Positions 1 through 13,791 are shown, numbered from the stretch's first letter. The stretch: DNA of 64,000 nucleotides from an uncultured Gemmatimonadales bacterium (GCA_963771275.1 CAVYSW010000003.1:1152001-1216000); one strand, 5' to 3'. Notes: generated by a model from the sequence alone, not told the origin. Numbers and translations: made by a program.

Positions 1-2
1 CG

Positions 3-158
3 AGCACTATCGACACGCCCGCCAACCGGAAGGCGATGCCCGAGGCCGATACATCCACGTGGCTCAAGCCCGAGGAGATCGCGGAGGTGATTGCGTTTCT
101 TGGAAGCGACCGCGCCGGCGCGGTCACCGGCACGGCGGTCAACCTGTCGAGCGGCTGA
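3..158 (+). CDS. SDR family oxidoreductase, 3' end (partial)
   Basis: Manual translation STIDTPANRKAMP...WLKPEEIAEVIAFLGSDRAGAVTG..* matches an SDR C-terminus; truncated by the window edge. Confidence 0.75.
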   Translation, partial: STIDTPANRKAMPEADTSTWLKPEEIAEVIAFLGSDRAGAVTGTAVNLSSG

Positions 159-166
159 GGCGCCGG

Positions 167-730
167 CTACCCGGTGAGTTGCGGCTTGGGAGCCCAGCGC
201 GCTTCCTTGCGCCCGTAGCGCTTCTCGCTGCCGTGGTGCTTGTTCCACTCCTCACGGTAGCAGAACGGGTCGAGACCGATCGCGCGGTCGAGCATCAGCA
301 CGCCGTCGAGGTGGTCGATCTCATGCTGCAGCAGCTCGGCCAGATCCTTCTCGGCGGTGACCTCGTGGGTCTTTCCCCGAAGGTCCTGGTAGCGGACCAC
401 GATCCGGTACGCCCGCATCACGCGGACGAGGATGGAGGGGATGGAGAAGCAGTCGTCCCACACGGAGAAGTCGCTCTCGCCGACGTCGACGATCTCGGGA
501 TTCACGAGAAACAGCGGCTCGTTGATCTCGACGTAGATCAGCCGGATGGGCGCTCCGATCTGGGGAGCGGCGAGGCCGCGTCCCAGGCCATGGCGCGCCT
601 TGAGGTCACGCAGGGTGTCTTGGAGTCCGTCAGCCACCAGGCGGACGGCCGGCGACCGGGGATTCTTGATCATTTCGCACTTGGCGCGCAGTATGGGGTC
701 GCCAAGCAGCCTAACGCGGTGTACGGTCAT
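167..730 (-). CDS. def: Peptide deformylase
   Basis: GLAAPQIG, DCFS (EGCLS variant) and QHEIDHLDG motifs; start taken at MTVHRVRLLGDP. Confidence 0.93.
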   Translation of the reverse strand: MTVHRVRLLGDPILRAKCEMIKNPRSPAVRLVADGLQDTLRDLKARHGLGRGLAAPQIGAPIRLIYVEINEPLFLVNPEIVDVGESDFSVWDDCFSIPSILVRVMRAYRIVVRYQDLRGKTHEVTAEKDLAELLQHEIDHLDGVLMLDRAIGLDPFCYREEWNKHHGSEKRYGRKEARWAPKPQLTG

Positions 731-756
731 AGCGGGACCCAATCTAAGGACCAAGC

Positions 757-2805
<2,049 letters not shown>

Positions 2806-2931
2806 AGGTTGTCCTCATACAAAGCTAAGCACGGACCTGGCACCGCGCGAAGCCGGCGGTCCCAGGGTTGACCCAAGGGCTGTCAGATTGGAGCTGGTCG
2901 GCGGTTGGGCCGGCCGGACCCCCGAACGCAG

Positions 2932-2963
2932 CGCCGCCCTCTCACCGAAGCGAGAGGGCGGCG
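2932..2963 (-). terminator. Hairpin downstream of hppA, probable terminator
   Basis: 12-bp perfect inverted repeat CGCCGCCCTCTC/GAGAGGGCGGCG; no U-tract. Confidence 0.5.
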
Positions 2964-2985
2964 TCACTGCGAGAGCTGAACCTGC

Positions 2986-5511
2986 CTATGCCTCGGCCTT
3001 CTCGATCCGCATGGCATAGAACGACCGCCACACGAACACGACGCCGATCAGGAAGAACACCGCCGCCAGCCCACGGCTCAGGAGGGCCCCCTGTTGCGCC
3101 GTGAGGTAGACACCAAGCTCCACCGCGAGGAGCCCGAACAGCGTCGTGAACTTGATGACCGGGTTCATCGCCACTGACGAGGTGTCCTTGAACGGGTCGC
3201 CCACCGTGTCGCCCACCACGGTCGCCGCGTGCAGCTCCGTGCCCTTCTGCTTGAGCTCGGTCTCCACGATCTTCTTGGCGTTGTCCCACGCCCCGCCGGC
3301 GTTCGCCATGAAGATTGCCTGGAACAGGCCGAACATGGCGATGGAGATCAGGTAGCCGATGAAGAAGAACGGCTCCACGAACGCGAACGCGAGCGTCGAG
3401 AAGAACACCGCGAGGAAGATGTTGAACATGCCCTTCTGCGCGTACTGCGTGCAGATCTCCACGACCCGCTTGCTGTCCGCGATCGAGGCCTTGATCACGC
3501 CCTCGAGCTTGATGTTCCGCTTGATGAACTCGACCGCCCGGTAGGCGCCGGTCGTCACGGCCTGCGTCGCGGCTCCGGTGAACCAGTAGATCATGGCGCC
3601 GCCGGTGATCAGGCCGAGCAGGAATGGGGGGTAGAGAATCGAAAGCCGATCGACGTCCGCGGTGAGTCCCTCGGTCAGGGCCACGATGATCGAGAAGATC
3701 ATGGTCGTGGCGCCGACGACCGCCGTCCCGATCAGCACGGGCTTGGCGGTGGCCTTGAAGGTGTTGCCCGCCCCGTCGTTCTCTTCGAGCAGGTCCTTCG
3801 CGTTCTCGAAATCCGGCGCGAAGCCGAAGTCCTTCGTGATCTCCTCCTTGATCCCCGGCAGCGTCTCGATCATGGACAGCTCGTAGACCGACTGCGCGTT
3901 GTCCGTCACGGGGCCGTAGGAATCCACGGCGATCGTGACCGGACCCATGCCCAGGAAGCCGAACGCCACCAGGCCGAACGCGAACACGGCGGGCGCCTGC
4001 ATCAGGGCGCCGAGCCCCTGCGTGCTCACCAGGTATGCCACCGCCATCAAGCCCATGATCGCGAGGCCGAGCCAGTACGCGGCGTAGTTCCCGGCGACGA
4101 ACCCGGACAGGATGTTGAGCGAGGCACCGCCCTCCCGCGAGGAGGTGAGGATCTCGCGCACGTGCCCGGACTTGGTGGAGGTGAACACCTTCACCAGCTC
4201 CGGGATGATCGCGCCGGCGAGCGTGCCGCAGGTGATCACCGTCGAGAGCTTCCACCACAGCGTGGTGTCGCCGTTCAGCTCGGGAATGATCAGGCGCGAC
4301 ACGATGTACGTCAGCACCACCGAGAGGATCGAGGTGAGCCACACGAGCTGTGTGAGCGGGATCTCGAAGTTGAACTTGGCCGCCGTGCCGTACCGCCCCT
4401 TCGCGATCACGTTGTTGACCAGATAGGCGCCAACCGAGGTGGCGATCATGATCACCCGCATCACGAAGATCCAGACCAGCAGCTTGACCTGGATCAGGGG
4501 CTCCGGCACCGCGAGCAGGATGAACGAGATGAGCGCGACGCCCGTGACGCCGTAGGTCTCGAAGCCGTCCGCCGTGGGGCCGACCGAGTCACCCGCGTTG
4601 TCGCCCGTGCAGTCCGCGATCACGCCGGGGTTCCGGGCATCGTCTTCCTTGATGTTGAAGATGATCTTCATCAGGTCGGAGCCGATGTCGGCGATCTTGG
4701 TGAAGATCCCGCCCGCGATACGGAGCGCCGCCGCGCCCAGCGATTCGCCGATGGCAAAGCCCAGGAAGCAGGGACCCGCGTAGTCGCCGGGGATGAACAG
4801 CAGGATGGCGAGCATGAACAACAGCTCGACGCTCACCAACATGGTCCCGACACTCATCCCTGCATGGATCGGGGTCTCGTACACCAGGAAGGCGCGGCCC
4901 TTGAGGCTGGCGAACGCCGTGCGCGAGTTGGCCAGCGTGTTGATCCGGATGCCGTACCACGCGACGCTGTAGCTCCCCGCCATGCCGATCAGGCTGAACA
5001 GCAGAATGACACCGATCTTGTGGGGCGCAAAACCGATCATCAGGAAGTACAGCACGATGATCGTCCCAATGAACAGCTCCAGGATCAGCAGGAGCTTCCC
5101 CTGCTGGAGCAGGTAGGTCTTGCAAGTCTCGTAGATCATCTCCGAGACCTCGAGCATCGACTTGTGCACCGGGAGCTTCTTGACTTGGACGTAGGTCGTG
5201 AGCCCGAACAGCAGCCCGAAGACGCATACCAGGAGACCCCAGAGCAGGAGCTGATGGCCGGTGAGACCGAGGAAGTTCCCCTGAGCCAGACTGGGGAGCC
5301 GGAGGTTCACCTCGCCACCCAGCTCGTGCTCCGGTGCCGCCTGCGTGGCGACGGGCGCCTGAGCGCTGGCCTGCGGCGCGAAGATGAGAACGGAGTCGGC
5401 GCCTTGCGCCGCGGCGGGCCGCGCGCCGACCAGAATGAGGAGCGTGAGAAGGCCGAGCGCCGCCACCAGCAGCCGGCCGGGCGCCTGGCGGACAAACCCG
5501 AGAAGGTTCAC
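2986..5511 (-). CDS. hppA: Membrane-bound proton/sodium-translocating pyrophosphatase
   Basis: GGIFTKIADIGSDL, EDDARNPGVIADCTGDNAGD, GGAWDNAKK and GDTVGDPFKD motifs; many TM helices. Confidence 0.95.
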   Translation of the reverse strand: MNLLGFVRQAPGRLLVAALGLLTLLILVGARPAAAQGADSVLIFAPQASAQAPVATQAAPEHELGGEVNLRLPSLAQGNFLGLTGHQLLLWGLLVCVFGLLFGLTTYVQVKKLPVHKSMLEVSEMIYETCKTYLLQQGKLLLILELFIGTIIVLYFLMIGFAPHKIGVILLFSLIGMAGSYSVAWYGIRINTLANSRTAFASLKGRAFLVYETPIHAGMSVGTMLVSVELLFMLAILLFIPGDYAGPCFLGFAIGESLGAAALRIAGGIFTKIADIGSDLMKIIFNIKEDDARNPGVIADCTGDNAGDSVGPTADGFETYGVTGVALISFILLAVPEPLIQVKLLVWIFVMRVIMIATSVGAYLVNNVIAKGRYGTAAKFNFEIPLTQLVWLTSILSVVLTYIVSRLIIPELNGDTTLWWKLSTVITCGTLAGAIIPELVKVFTSTKSGHVREILTSSREGGASLNILSGFVAGNYAAYWLGLAIMGLMAVAYLVSTQGLGALMQAPAVFAFGLVAFGFLGMGPVTIAVDSYGPVTDNAQSVYELSMIETLPGIKEEITKDFGFAPDFENAKDLLEENDGAGNTFKATAKPVLIGTAVVGATTMIFSIIVALTEGLTADVDRLSILYPPFLLGLITGGAMIYWFTGAATQAVTTGAYRAVEFIKRNIKLEGVIKASIADSKRVVEICTQYAQKGMFNIFLAVFFSTLAFAFVEPFFFIGYLISIAMFGLFQAIFMANAGGAWDNAKKIVETELKQKGTELHAATVVGDTVGDPFKDTSSVAMNPVIKFTTLFGLLAVELGVYLTAQQGALLSRGLAAVFFLIGVVFVWRSFYAMRIEKAEA

Positions 5512-5594
5512 TGGAATTCCTCCGCGATGAAAATCACGAAATCGTCAAAACGCAAAGTGGCGTATGGTTGACTGCTGGTCCGCGTTTAGTCAAG

Positions 5595-5630
5595 GAAAAG
5601 GCGGGAGGTCTTTCCCCGGCCCCCCGCCCC
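5595..5630 (-). terminator. Possible intrinsic terminator
   Basis: GC hairpin followed by TTTT on the minus strand, after the beta-propeller gene. Confidence 0.4.
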
Positions 5631-5662
5631 CTCCCCGATCGCATCGCTCCGGTTCCCGATGC

Positions 5663-6922
5663 TCAGCTCGCAGCCGCCTTGCCTTTCACGATGCCGAGCC
5701 GCACGACGTACTGCACGTCCAGCTCGTCGCGCTGGATGCCGTAGATCTTGTCGCCGATGAACTGCACGGGCTGGAACCGCCGCGGCATCGCGACCACGCC
5801 GAGGAACCGACCCTCACCGTCGAACACATCCCAGTCTCGCGCGGCTAGATCGTATTGGAGGTTGAATCCCTTCCGCTCTTCCGGCGAGAGCTTCGAGGGC
5901 GCCTGGACTTGCTGCACCCAGATTGAACCGTCCGGTCCCCCCATGAGCTGAGCGAAGGCAGGGTAATTCGCCGCAAAGTGCACCCGTGTCACCAATTGCC
6001 CAACGACGTCAGGCGTGGCTCCCGCGTCGCTCCATCCTTTTCGCAACAAGTCCTTCACGGTCTGTTGGTCCGCTGCGGCCACTGGGTTCTCTTGAAAGGC
6101 CTTCCCGATTACGCGTTGGAGTTGTCCTCCGGCCAGGTAGATGCCGATGCGGTAATCGTTGCTGACGGCGTAGAGAATGCGGTTCCCAAGCAGGGCCCAG
6201 GCTGGCTCCGGGCTGAAGATGTTGATCTCGGGGCCGCCGCTGGAGAAGGTCGCGCTCTTGCCGGACGGAACACGCATCAGGGTGTCCCCGAGCGTGCCAT
6301 CGAGGTGACGGACCACGATGGCGTCCATGGTGTCGGGCGGACTCGTGGATCCGGGGAACGCCAGGCGCCGGAGTTGTGCGACGATGCGTCCATCGCCTGC
6401 GACCTCCCAGCGAATCGGGATTCCGTCCGCGAAGCTCTGTGGAAAACTGCGCACAAACGTCCCGTCGAGCAGATAGAGATTGACGCGCTGGTTCCCGAGA
6501 TCGGAGACGACAATAGTGTCACCGGGAGCGATCAGCACCACCGCCCCTCGCACCGCCCCCAGCTCGCCCGGTCCACCCCCAGCCCTTCCGATTGTGCGCT
6601 GGTACTTCCCGTCGGGCGTAAACACCTTGAGGTGCTGCCCTTGTCCATCCAACACCACGATCTGCCCATCGCTTGTGAGCGCGACGCAGTTCGGTGGAAT
6701 AAGCTCCCCGAACTGGTAGTCCGGATCACCTTCCGCCGTCCCGATCCGGAGCTCCTCCGTCACCGTCCATGCGTCCGCCGGCGCCCACATGCCCTGGGCC
6801 GGGTTGCTGACGAGCGCAATTCCCGCGGAATCGGTGACGGTCCCGCTCCATCCCCCCTTGCTTCCAGTGCCACACGCCACGAGCGAGACGACTACGCCTG
6901 CCAGCAGGACCTTTGTGTACAT
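5663..6922 (-). CDS. 6-bladed beta-propeller (NHL-like) lipoprotein
   Basis: Lipobox LVAC; NHL-like repeats (IGRAGGGPGEL, FTPDGKYQRTIG, WDVFDGEGRFLG). Confidence 0.75.
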   Translation of the reverse strand: MYTKVLLAGVVVSLVACGTGSKGGWSGTVTDSAGIALVSNPAQGMWAPADAWTVTEELRIGTAEGDPDYQFGELIPPNCVALTSDGQIVVLDGQGQHLKVFTPDGKYQRTIGRAGGGPGELGAVRGAVVLIAPGDTIVVSDLGNQRVNLYLLDGTFVRSFPQSFADGIPIRWEVAGDGRIVAQLRRLAFPGSTSPPDTMDAIVVRHLDGTLGDTLMRVPSGKSATFSSGGPEINIFSPEPAWALLGNRILYAVSNDYRIGIYLAGGQLQRVIGKAFQENPVAAADQQTVKDLLRKGWSDAGATPDVVGQLVTRVHFAANYPAFAQLMGGPDGSIWVQQVQAPSKLSPEERKGFNLQYDLAARDWDVFDGEGRFLGVVAMPRRFQPVQFIGDKIYGIQRDELDVQYVVRLGIVKGKAAAS

Positions 6923-7063
6923 GATGGGCATCCCCGGAGTATGAGCGCCGGACGCGCGAATCAGCCCAGTGAGAGCTGCTAAACCTAGTAATATAATCCC
7001 AGTGCATCGATGCCTCGCACCCGCCCGATCCTGGAATTCCCGGTGTTCTGCCCGTGTTTTTCT

Positions 7064-7103
7064 GAACAAAACTGTTGATTTAGTGGAGAAGCTCGGCTAG
7101 CTT
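7064..7103 (+). promoter_or_regulatory. Sigma70-type promoter of the suf operon with overlapping SufR-like operator
   Basis: TTGATT(7075-7080)-17 nt-TAGCTT(7098-7103)-7 nt-ATG; GAAC-N6-GTTG at 7064-7077. Confidence 0.6.
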
Positions 7104-7110
7104 CCGTCGC

Positions 7111-7793
7111 ATGGATGCGACCACACCAGCCTTGACGGCCCACAAGGGCCTGCGCGGGCAGATCCTGCTCGAGTTGAAGAAGTCGCAACCGCTTACCGCC
7201 CTTGAGCTTGCCGAGCGGCACCGGGTGACTACCAACGCCGTCCGCCGCCACCTGAAAGAGCTGGAGGCGGAGCAGCTCATCGTCTACGGGCGGGAACAGC
7301 GCGGCCAGGGGGCCCCGACGTTCACCTATCGGTTGTCGGATCGGGGGGAAGCCTTGTTCCCCAACCGGTATGAGGCCGAGCTCACCGCTGTCCTCGAGTA
7401 CCTCGAGAAGAACGGCGGCCGCGACGCCGTGCGCCGGTTCTTCGAGCAGCGGTTCCGCACCCAGGCCGACGAGATCTTGGCGCGCCTCGGCGACGCGACC
7501 CTGGAGCAGCGGGTGGAGGCGGTGGTCGAGTTCCTCCGCCGTGAGGGCTTCATGCCGATCGCCTCGGTGGATGCGGCGGGCATGCGCCTGGCCGAGCACA
7601 ACTGCGCCATGCACGCAGTCGCCCAGCGGTTCCCAGAAGTCTGCGATACCGAGCTCGTGTTCCTGACGGAGCTGCTCGGCCCCGGGCTCCAGCGGGAACG
7701 GCACATCGTAAGCGGGTGCAACGCCTGCGAGTACGCCATCAACCCGGGCGAGGCCGACGCGAACGTCGCGCCTCCGCCCTCGCGGGAGCGAGC

Positions 7794-7797
<4 letters not shown>
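7111..7797 (+). CDS. sufR: SufR-like winged-HTH Fe-S cluster assembly regulator
   Basis: N-terminal HTH; C-terminal EHNC...VC...GCNACEY cysteines; first gene of the suf operon. Confidence 0.8.
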
Positions 7798-9227
<1,430 letters not shown>

Positions 9228-9249
9228 CATGTTCGGAGCGGAACCACGA

Positions 9250-10008
9250 ATGCTCGAGATCAAGAACCTGCATGCCTCCGTCGAGGGGACCGAGATCCTC
9301 CACGGCGTCGATCTTTCCGTCGGCAAGGGCGAAATCCACGCCATCATGGGGCCCAACGGCTCCGGGAAGAGCACGCTCGCCCAGGTGCTCGCCGGCCATC
9401 CGGCCTACGAGATCACCGGCGGCGCCGTGTCGTTCGAAGGCAAGGACCTGCTCGACATGGATCCCGAAGAGCGGGCCCAGGCGGGTCTGTTCCTTGCGTT
9501 CCAGTATCCGGTGGAGATCCGCGGCATCACGAACTCGTACTTCCTGCGGTCGGCCGTGAACGCGATCCGCAAGGCGCAGGGGTTGCCGGAGTACGACCCG
9601 ATCGACTTTCTGGACGTGCTGCAGGAGAAGCTCCAGGCGATCGGCTGGGACGACAGCCTGATGAACCGCGCCGTCAACGAGGGCTTCTCCGGCGGCGAAA
9701 AGAAACGGAACGAGATCCTCCAGCTCGCGGTGCTCGAGCCGAAGCTCGCGATTCTCGACGAGACCGACTCGGGGCTCGACATCGACGCCCTGAAGACCGT
9801 GGCGGACGCGGTCAACAAGCTCCGCTCACCCGAGCGCTCGATGGTGGTGGTAACGCACTATCAGCGGCTGCTCAACTACATCGTCCCGGACTACGTGCAC
9901 GTGCTGGCGGACGGCAGGATCGTGCGCTCCGGCGGCAAGCAGCTGGCCCTCGAGCTCGAGGAAAAGGGCTACGACTGGCTGCGGCCCGAGACGGCGGTGA
10001 CGGGATGA
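9250..10008 (+). CDS. sufC: Fe-S cluster assembly ATPase SufC
   Basis: GPNGSGKST, FSGGEKKRNE and LDETDSGLDIDA motifs. Confidence 0.97.
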   Translation: MLEIKNLHASVEGTEILHGVDLSVGKGEIHAIMGPNGSGKSTLAQVLAGHPAYEITGGAVSFEGKDLLDMDPEERAQAGLFLAFQYPVEIRGITNSYFLRSAVNAIRKAQGLPEYDPIDFLDVLQEKLQAIGWDDSLMNRAVNEGFSGGEKKRNEILQLAVLEPKLAILDETDSGLDIDALKTVADAVNKLRSPERSMVVVTHYQRLLNYIVPDYVHVLADGRIVRSGGKQLALELEEKGYDWLRPETAVTG

Positions 10009-11369
10009 CGGCGGCGACGCCCGAGCGGACGGCAGCAGGCCCGGCCGCCCCGTATGTCGCGGCCTACCGGGCCTTCGCCGGCAACGGCGCGGCCGGCGCG
10101 CCGATGTGGCTGCGCGAGCTCCGCGAGGCGGGGATCGCCCGGTTCGCTGCAGTGGGGTTCCCATCCACCAAGGATGAGCGGTGGCGATTCACCAGCGTCG
10201 AGCCCATCACCCGGAGCCCGTTCATGCTGGCCGCCCCTGGGGTGCCGGCCGGCGCCCGCGAGGTGGTCGCGGCGCTCGCACTCGGCGAGCCTGATGCACG
10301 GCTCGTCGCCGTCTACGTGAACGGCCGGTTCGCGCCAGCGCTTTCGTCTGTCGGTGCCGTGCCGAAGGGTGTGGTCATCGGCGGCCTGGCTGACGCCTTG
10401 GAACGCCAGCCGGAGATTGTCCGGCAGCACCTTGGCCGGCACGCCGCAGTCGAAGGGAATCCCTTCACCGCCCTGAACGCGGGATTCATCGCGGACGGGG
10501 CCTTCGTGCATGTGCGGCGGAACGTGGTGCTCGAGCAGCCGATCCAGTTGATCTTCGTTTCCGCCGCCGGCAGGACGGCGGCCGTGACGCACCCGCGCAA
10601 CCTGATCGTCGTGGAGGAGAACGCCCAGGCGTCCGTGGTCGAGGAGTATCTGGGCACCGGCAGCCGGCCGTACTGGACGAACGTGGTGACCGAGCTCGTG
10701 GTCGGTGACGAGGCCGTCGTGAACACCTATCGCATTCAGCGCGAACGGGAAGACGCGTTCCACACGGCCACGACGCAGTCGAGGCAGGGGCGGGGGTCTG
10801 TGCTCACCTCCGTGACCCTGGCGTTCGGCGCGCGGCTGTCGCGCCACGACATCAACGCCACGCTGGACGGCGAAGGCGCCGAGTGCACGCTCAACGGGCT
10901 CTCGATCCTGCGGGGCGAGCAGCACGTGGATCACCACACCACGCTCGAGCACGCCAAGCCGCATTGCCCGAGCTGGGAGGTGTTCAACGGCGTGTTCGAC
11001 GACCGGTCCCGCGGTGTGTTCAGCGGGCGGATCATCGTCCGTCCGGGCGCCCAGCTCACCGACTCCAAGCAGACCAACAACAACCTGCTGCTGTCCGAGG
11101 AAGCGCGGGCCGACAGCCAGCCGCAGCTCGAGATCTATGCCGACGACGTGAAGTGCACGCACGGTGCCACGCTCGGCCCGATCGACCCGAACGCGATGTT
11201 TTACTTGCGGAGCCGCGGACTGGATGTCGAGGTCGCGCGCAACCTGCTCACCTACGGCTTTGGCGCGGAGATCCTGAACTCCGTGGCCGATGAAGGGCTG
11301 CGCGCGCAGCTGGACGGCGTGCTGCAGCGGCGCCTGGAGGAGAGCCTGCAGCGGAGGATCCGGCGGTGA
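10005..11369 (+). CDS. sufD: Fe-S cluster assembly protein SufD
   Basis: PQLEIYADDVKCTHGAT and FYLRSRG motifs. Confidence 0.96.
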   Translation: MTAATPERTAAGPAAPYVAAYRAFAGNGAAGAPMWLRELREAGIARFAAVGFPSTKDERWRFTSVEPITRSPFMLAAPGVPAGAREVVAALALGEPDARLVAVYVNGRFAPALSSVGAVPKGVVIGGLADALERQPEIVRQHLGRHAAVEGNPFTALNAGFIADGAFVHVRRNVVLEQPIQLIFVSAAGRTAAVTHPRNLIVVEENAQASVVEEYLGTGSRPYWTNVVTELVVGDEAVVNTYRIQREREDAFHTATTQSRQGRGSVLTSVTLAFGARLSRHDINATLDGEGAECTLNGLSILRGEQHVDHHTTLEHAKPHCPSWEVFNGVFDDRSRGVFSGRIIVRPGAQLTDSKQTNNNLLLSEEARADSQPQLEIYADDVKCTHGATLGPIDPNAMFYLRSRGLDVEVARNLLTYGFGAEILNSVADEGLRAQLDGVLQRRLEESLQRRIRR

Positions 11370-12634
11370 AGCCGGCGGCGGTGGCGGAGCGGGCTCCCAC
11401 GGGGACCGTGCACCCTCCGTTCGACGTCGAGCGCGTCCGCGCCGATTTCCCGCTCCTGGGCCGCTCGATGCGCGGGAAGGCGCTCAGCTACCTCGACAAC
11501 GCCGCCACCAGCCAGAAGCCGCGCCACGTGATCGACGCGATTCACCGCTACTACGAGGTGATGAACGCGAACGTCCATCGTGGGGTGTACCAGCTGAGCG
11601 AGGAGGCGACGTCGGCCTACGAGTGGGGCCGCGCCATGGTGGCGCAGTACCTCAATGCCCCGTCGCCGGCGGAGATCGTCTTCGTCCGCGGCGCCACGGA
11701 AGGCGTGAATCTGGTGGCCGCGACGTTCGGACGGCGGCACTTCGGGCCCGGCGACGAAGTCCTGATCTCCGGGATGGAGCACCACTCGAACCTCGTGCCG
11801 TGGCAGATGGTCTGCGAGGAGCGCGGGGCCCGACTGCGGGTGATCCCGATGAACCAGCGGGGGGAGCTGGTGCTGGAGCCGCTGCCGGCGCTGCTCACGC
11901 CGCGCACGAAGCTGGTGGCGGTCGTACACGTTTCCAATTCGCTCGGCACGATCAACCCGGTCGAGGAGATCATCGCCCAGGCCCACGCCAGGGGCATTCC
12001 GGTGCTGCTCGACGGGGCCCAGGCGGCCCCGCACGGACCGGTCGACGTCCAGGCCCTGGACTGCGACTTCTACGTCGTCTCGGGTCACAAGATGTTCGGG
12101 CCCACCGGCGTCGGGGCCCTGTTCGGCAAGCGGGCGCTGCTGGAGGCGATGCCGCCGTATCAGGGCGGCGGCGAGATGATCCGGTCGGTCACGTTCGAGA
12201 AGACGATCTACGCACCGCTCCCGATGAAGTTTGAGGCGGGCACGCCCAACATCGAGGGCGGCGTCGGCCTGGGGGCGGCCGTGAGCTATCTGCAGCAGCT
12301 CGACTGGTCCGGGGTGGCCACGCACGAGGCCGACCTGCTGACCTACGCCACGGAGCGCCTGGCGGAGATCCCCGGGATTCGACTGATCGGCACGGCGGCC
12401 CGGAAGGTGGCCGTGGTGTCGTTCACCCTCGAGGGTGCCCACCCGCACGACATCGGCACGATCCTGGACCAGGAGGGGGTCGCCATCCGCACGGGCCACC
12501 ACTGCACGCAGCCGGTCATGGACTTCTTCGGCGTGCCGGCGACCGCCCGCGCCTCGTTCGCGTTCTACAACACGCGTGCCGACGTCGACCGGCTCGTCGC
12601 CGGCGTCTGGCAGGTTCGGGAGTTGTTTCGCTGA
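11366..12634 (+). CDS. sufS: Cysteine desulfurase SufS
   Basis: YLDNAATSQKP, SGHKM and RTGHHC motifs. Confidence 0.96.
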   Translation: MKPAAVAERAPTGTVHPPFDVERVRADFPLLGRSMRGKALSYLDNAATSQKPRHVIDAIHRYYEVMNANVHRGVYQLSEEATSAYEWGRAMVAQYLNAPSPAEIVFVRGATEGVNLVAATFGRRHFGPGDEVLISGMEHHSNLVPWQMVCEERGARLRVIPMNQRGELVLEPLPALLTPRTKLVAVVHVSNSLGTINPVEEIIAQAHARGIPVLLDGAQAAPHGPVDVQALDCDFYVVSGHKMFGPTGVGALFGKRALLEAMPPYQGGGEMIRSVTFEKTIYAPLPMKFEAGTPNIEGGVGLGAAVSYLQQLDWSGVATHEADLLTYATERLAEIPGIRLIGTAARKVAVVSFTLEGAHPHDIGTILDQEGVAIRTGHHCTQPVMDFFGVPATARASFAFYNTRADVDRLVAGVWQVRELFR

Positions 12635-13083
12635 TGTCCGAGCTGCAGGATCTCTACCAGCAGGTCATCCTCGAGCACAATCGCTCGCCGCGCAACTTCC
12701 GGCAGGTGCCGGACGCCAACCGCCATGCCCATGGCGACAATCCGCTCTGCGGGGACAAGATCCAGCTCTGGGCCAAGGTGACCGGCGACGTGATCGAGGA
12801 CGTGGGCTTTCTCGGAAGCGGATGCGCCATCTCGACGGCGTCGGCGTCGGTGATGACGACCGTCGTGAAAGGGAAGACCGTCACCGAGGCGGAGCGGCTG
12901 TTCGCCGCGTTCCGCGCCATGCTCACCGGCGAGTCGGAGCGCGACCGGCAGGTCCTCGGCACCAAGCTCGCCGCCTTCGCGGGGGTGAAGGAATTCCCGG
13001 CGCGCGTGAAGTGTGCCAACCTTCCCTGGCACACGCTGCACGCGGCGCTGCAGGGCGACCCGTCTGGCGCCAGCACCGAGTAG
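12634..13083 (+). CDS. sufU: SUF system NifU-family protein SufU
   Basis: NPLCGD, GCAIS and RVKCA motifs. Confidence 0.95.
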   Translation: MSELQDLYQQVILEHNRSPRNFRQVPDANRHAHGDNPLCGDKIQLWAKVTGDVIEDVGFLGSGCAISTASASVMTTVVKGKTVTEAERLFAAFRAMLTGESERDRQVLGTKLAAFAGVKEFPARVKCANLPWHTLHAALQGDPSGASTE

Positions 13084-13134
13084 GGGCGATTCGCGGCGCC
13101 CTTCCGGGAACGCCGCTGCTATCTTGCCAGTATC

Positions 13135-13791
13135 ATGAGCATGTCACGAGACGGCAGATCCTCGGGTCGCGTCCCCCGGGCTGGCCCCGCATGGCTCGCT
13201 GCCCTCATACTGGCCGTGAGCGCGTCCCTGGCAGGGGCCCAGCAGGCCCCGCCACCGGATTCCATCCGGCCGGAAGGCGTGCAGCGCGCGTCGGCCACCG
13301 TGGACTCGGTCTTCGTGGACCGGCAGATCGTGGAGGGATACGTCGGAGCCGGGGACTGGGCGTCGTACCTCATGGCTCGACTCGGCATCTTCCCGATCCC
13401 GCGCGACGTGAAGATCGAAGTGGCGAGCGACACCAGCCGGATCGCGCTGCGTACGCGGGTGGGCGACCTGCCGCCGCAGGCACGGCAGGCGCTCGGGCCG
13501 CTGCTGGGGCTGTTCCCCGCGGAAACGGAGGTCGGCGGGGACATCAGCTTGGAGAGGGTGGCGCGCGAGGTAGTCCACTTCCGCCTCGAGACCGTGCGCG
13601 TGAACGGGGTCCCGCTGCCCGACCTGCTCGTCCAGAGCGTGCTGCTCGACGTGGGCCGCCAGTACCCCGCCCTGACGAGATCCGGGCGCGACCTGTTCGT
13701 GGAGATCCCGCGCGACGCGAGCGTCCAGCTCGCCGTCGGACGGGTGCACCTGGTCGGGCCACCCGCCGATTCCCGGCGACCCGGTCGCTGA
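13135..13791 (+). CDS. Hypothetical secreted protein
   Basis: Signal-peptide-like N-terminus; coding-like GC3 usage; fills the gap. Confidence 0.7.
   Translation: MSMSRDGRSSGRVPRAGPAWLAALILAVSASLAGAQQAPPPDSIRPEGVQRASATVDSVFVDRQIVEGYVGAGDWASYLMARLGIFPIPRDVKIEVASDTSRIALRTRVGDLPPQARQALGPLLGLFPAETEVGGDISLERVAREVVHFRLETVRVNGVPLPDLLVQSVLLDVGRQYPALTRSGRDLFVEIPRDASVQLAVGRVHLVGPPADSRRPGR

Noticed and set aside
3229..5571. Long antisense or alternate-frame ORFs (e.g. 3229-5571, 7326-9374, 36086-39496, 43243-46203, 60985-63249)
   Set aside because: Shadows of real genes in high-GC DNA; Arg/Pro/Gly-rich with no recognisable motifs
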